The notes under the pieces were generated by a model that was not told the origin of the DNA, searched no databases, and worked only from the letters and a program-made list of their open reading frames with translations. A stretch of 64,000 bases of DNA, taken from Mobula birostris (Eukaryota). The stretch is taken from the NCBI RefSeq assembly GCF_030028105.1, contig NC_092379.1, forward strand, positions 21,305,309-21,369,308, written 5' to 3'. Both the position numbers and the translations under genes were made by a program. Positions 61,387-64,000 of this stretch are shown here, in pieces (position 1 is the first letter of the stretch; every line of letters begins with the position of its first letter).

Positions 61387-63520
61387 ACTGAAAAATGTGA
61401 CTTCCGTGAAGACCAGGTGTCGTTTTTGGGTTATATACTTACCCCATCCAGAGTTCAAATGGGCCCTAGTAAAGTTCAGGCAGTTGCAGCGTAGTCCAAA
61501 CCATCTACAGCTAAACAGGTACTGTGCTTCATGGGGTTTGCAAACTTTTATCACCGCTTCATCTGGAATTTCAGCTCTATTGTGACTCCAATTCATACAT
61601 TCACCAAGAAGACCTCGGCAGGATTCCATTGGACGGACGATGCCGACCAAGCATTTTCGGAGCTAAAGCGACGCTTCACCGCTGCCCCGCTGCTGCAACA
61701 GCCGGACCCATCTTCGTCATTCATTGTCAAGGTGGATGCATCCGATGTGGGCATTGGAGCTGTCCTCTCTCAGCGCTCAACTGCGGTTAGTCGGCTGCAC
61801 CCTTGTGCCTTTCTTTCCCGTCACTTGACTCCGGCCGAGAGGATTTATGATGTTGGGAACCAGGAGCTTCTGGCTGTCAAGGAGACTCTGGAGAAATGTC
61901 GACACTGGCTGGAGGGGGAAGAGCATCCATTCTTGGTGTGGACAGATCACAAGAGCCTCTGCTATATTCAGGATGCTAAGAGACTCAACTCTCGTCTACC
62001 CGGTGCGCTCTCTTCTTCAGACGGTTTCAGTTTTATCTTCACATCATCCCAGCATCAAGAATAGAAAGGCCGACACTCTCTTCCGACAGTTCGATGGATC
62101 TGAGGACAATGCTGATCCACAGCCCATTCTTCCCCGCTCGTATATCGCTGCTCCGGCGATGTGGGGAATAGAGGCAGAGGTGAGGGCCGCCCAACAATCA
62201 GATCCAGGCCCGGATGGGGGACCTCCCAACCGGCTGTTTGTCCCTGCTGCGGTGCGGTCCAAAGTGTTGGAATGAGGTCACTCCTCCCGTCTGGCTGGAC
62301 ATCCGGGAATTCAACGAACTTAGGAGTTTACAAGGAGACAATTTTGGTGGCCATCTATTTCCCAGGATGTCCACGACTTTGTATCTGCCCATCACACTTG
62401 TGTTGGAACAAAACATCATGCCAGCATCCTGCGGGTCTGTTATGTCCATTGCCTGTGCACCACAGCCCCTGGTCTCACCTCTCAGTAGATTTCATCACTG
62501 GTCTGCCCCCGTCTAATGGAAACACCACCATTTTGCTCGTTGTGGATCGATATTCCAGGGCTGCCCAATTCATTGCCCTCCCCAAGCTCTCATCGGCTGG
62601 TGACACTGCCACACTCACGGTTCAACATGTGTTCAGGCTCCATGGCTTTCCTCAAGACATAGCGTCTGATCGTGGACCACTTCCCTCTCTTGGAAGGCTT
62701 TCTGCTGTCTTGTAGAAGCCACGGCCAGCCTCTCGTCTGGCTTCCACCCCCTTTCTAATGGCCAGATGGATAGAGTGCACCAGGATTTGGAGACAACCCT
62801 GCGCTGTCTTGCCCCTTCCAACTCCACGTCCTAGAGCTCCCAATTAGAGATCGCCCGCAATAACCTCCAGTCGTCCTGCACCGCTATGTCTCCCTTTGAA
62901 TGCCAGAAGGGATTCCAGTCCCCGCTCTTCCCTGATCATGAGATCGTCGTAGGAGTTCCTGCTGCTGAACAGCTGACCAGCGCTACCAGCGCACCTGGAG
63001 ACGAGCCAGGGCTTCTCTGCTGCGTGCCCAGCATTCTCGGCAGGCTGGTCGGCTCCGTCAATAAATAAGGCCAGTCAAGCCAGGAGAGGAGGTCTGGTTG
63101 GCATCAAGGGATCTCCCCCTAAAACTCAAGAACCGGAAGGTGGCTCCACGCTACGTGGGACCGCTTGTAGTGGAAAAGGCTATCAACAAGATTGCGTCTA
63201 CCAGCATCACTGAAGATCCAGTCAGTATTCCATATTTCCCAGCTCAAGCTGGTTACTACTTCTCCCCTGGCCCCAGTCACCCCACCTCCCCCTCCGGTAG
63301 ATGGTTCCCTTGTCTATACTGTGCGGCGCCTCCTAGCATCTCGCCGGGTACGTGGTAACGTCCAGTACCTTGTGAACTGAGACAGGTATGGCCCAGAAGA
63401 ACGTACATGGATCCTGGTGAAGGACATCTTGGACACGTCGCTGATCCGGCACTTCCGGCAGACACAGGTCTGTCGTGCCGCAAGGACCGCGCCCAGAGAG
63501 GGCGGCCCTGTCACCACCAC
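61387..63520 (+). mobile_element. Chromovirus-type (sushi-like) Gypsy pol fragment: RT end, RNase H, integrase, chromodomain, PPT, LTR start
   Basis: [83 protein letters not shown]; purine-rich AGAGAGGGCGG then TGTCAC at 63509. Confidence 0.87.
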
Positions 63521-64000
63521 GGAATTGGTAGCACAGCAGATACGGCAATTGTGCTTGTGAATATGCACGTGTCAGCTAATTATTATTTAATTGTGATAGT
63601 ATTTAACTCTATACTTGTCGTCGTAGTGCTTGTCGAGACTTGAACAGGGCACAACATTGCATTCGGTCTTCCCTGAGAAATTGGACTGTCGAGTCAACTG
63701 ACTCTGAAGACCAGTGGTGTTCGTTTAATGTTTTGCTATTAGGGAGCGAGAGAGCCTGTGGTATGTAAATTACAAACAAGTAGTGTTTGGAGTACGGCAA
63801 GTCTGTGTCTTTAGCGATGCTTTGCTACATGCTTGCGTGTTCAGTGGAGGGTGCCAATGCTTTTTTGCTGGGGGCGGTGAGGGGGCGCGTTGCTTTTCTG
63901 CTGCTCGTGCATGGGAGGGGGGAGCTAGGGGTGCTTTCGGGTTCTAAATTTAACTCTCATTCATTCTTCGGGATACTTCTCTGTTTTCGTGGATGTTTTC

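Overview
Eukaryotic (cartilaginous-fish-type) genomic DNA, mostly decayed retroelements, containing one apparently intact immunoglobulin heavy-chain cluster of IgW type on the + strand. Its parts are leader (16178-16223), VH already fused in the germline to a D-like stretch and followed by a 12-bp-spacer RSS (16334-16675), a single JH with a 23-bp-spacer RSS (17012-17098), six C exons (23551-34231), a Cys-rich short-form secretory tail exon after C2, and a long-form tail on C6. All exons splice in phase 1 with open frames. No transmembrane exon was found in the ~30 kb downstream. A second, tail-like Cys-rich candidate exon lies at 38889-39013. The cluster sits between the arms of a >=4.2-kb inverted segmental duplication (1-4264 / 41375-45661), and the VD-J unit is bracketed by two same-family solo LTRs with perfect 5-bp TSDs. 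The rest is CR1, Rex1-like and RTE LINE fragments, tRNA-derived SINEs, a Harbinger-like relic and two Gypsy-type LTR elements. All calls are by eye; no database search was possible.
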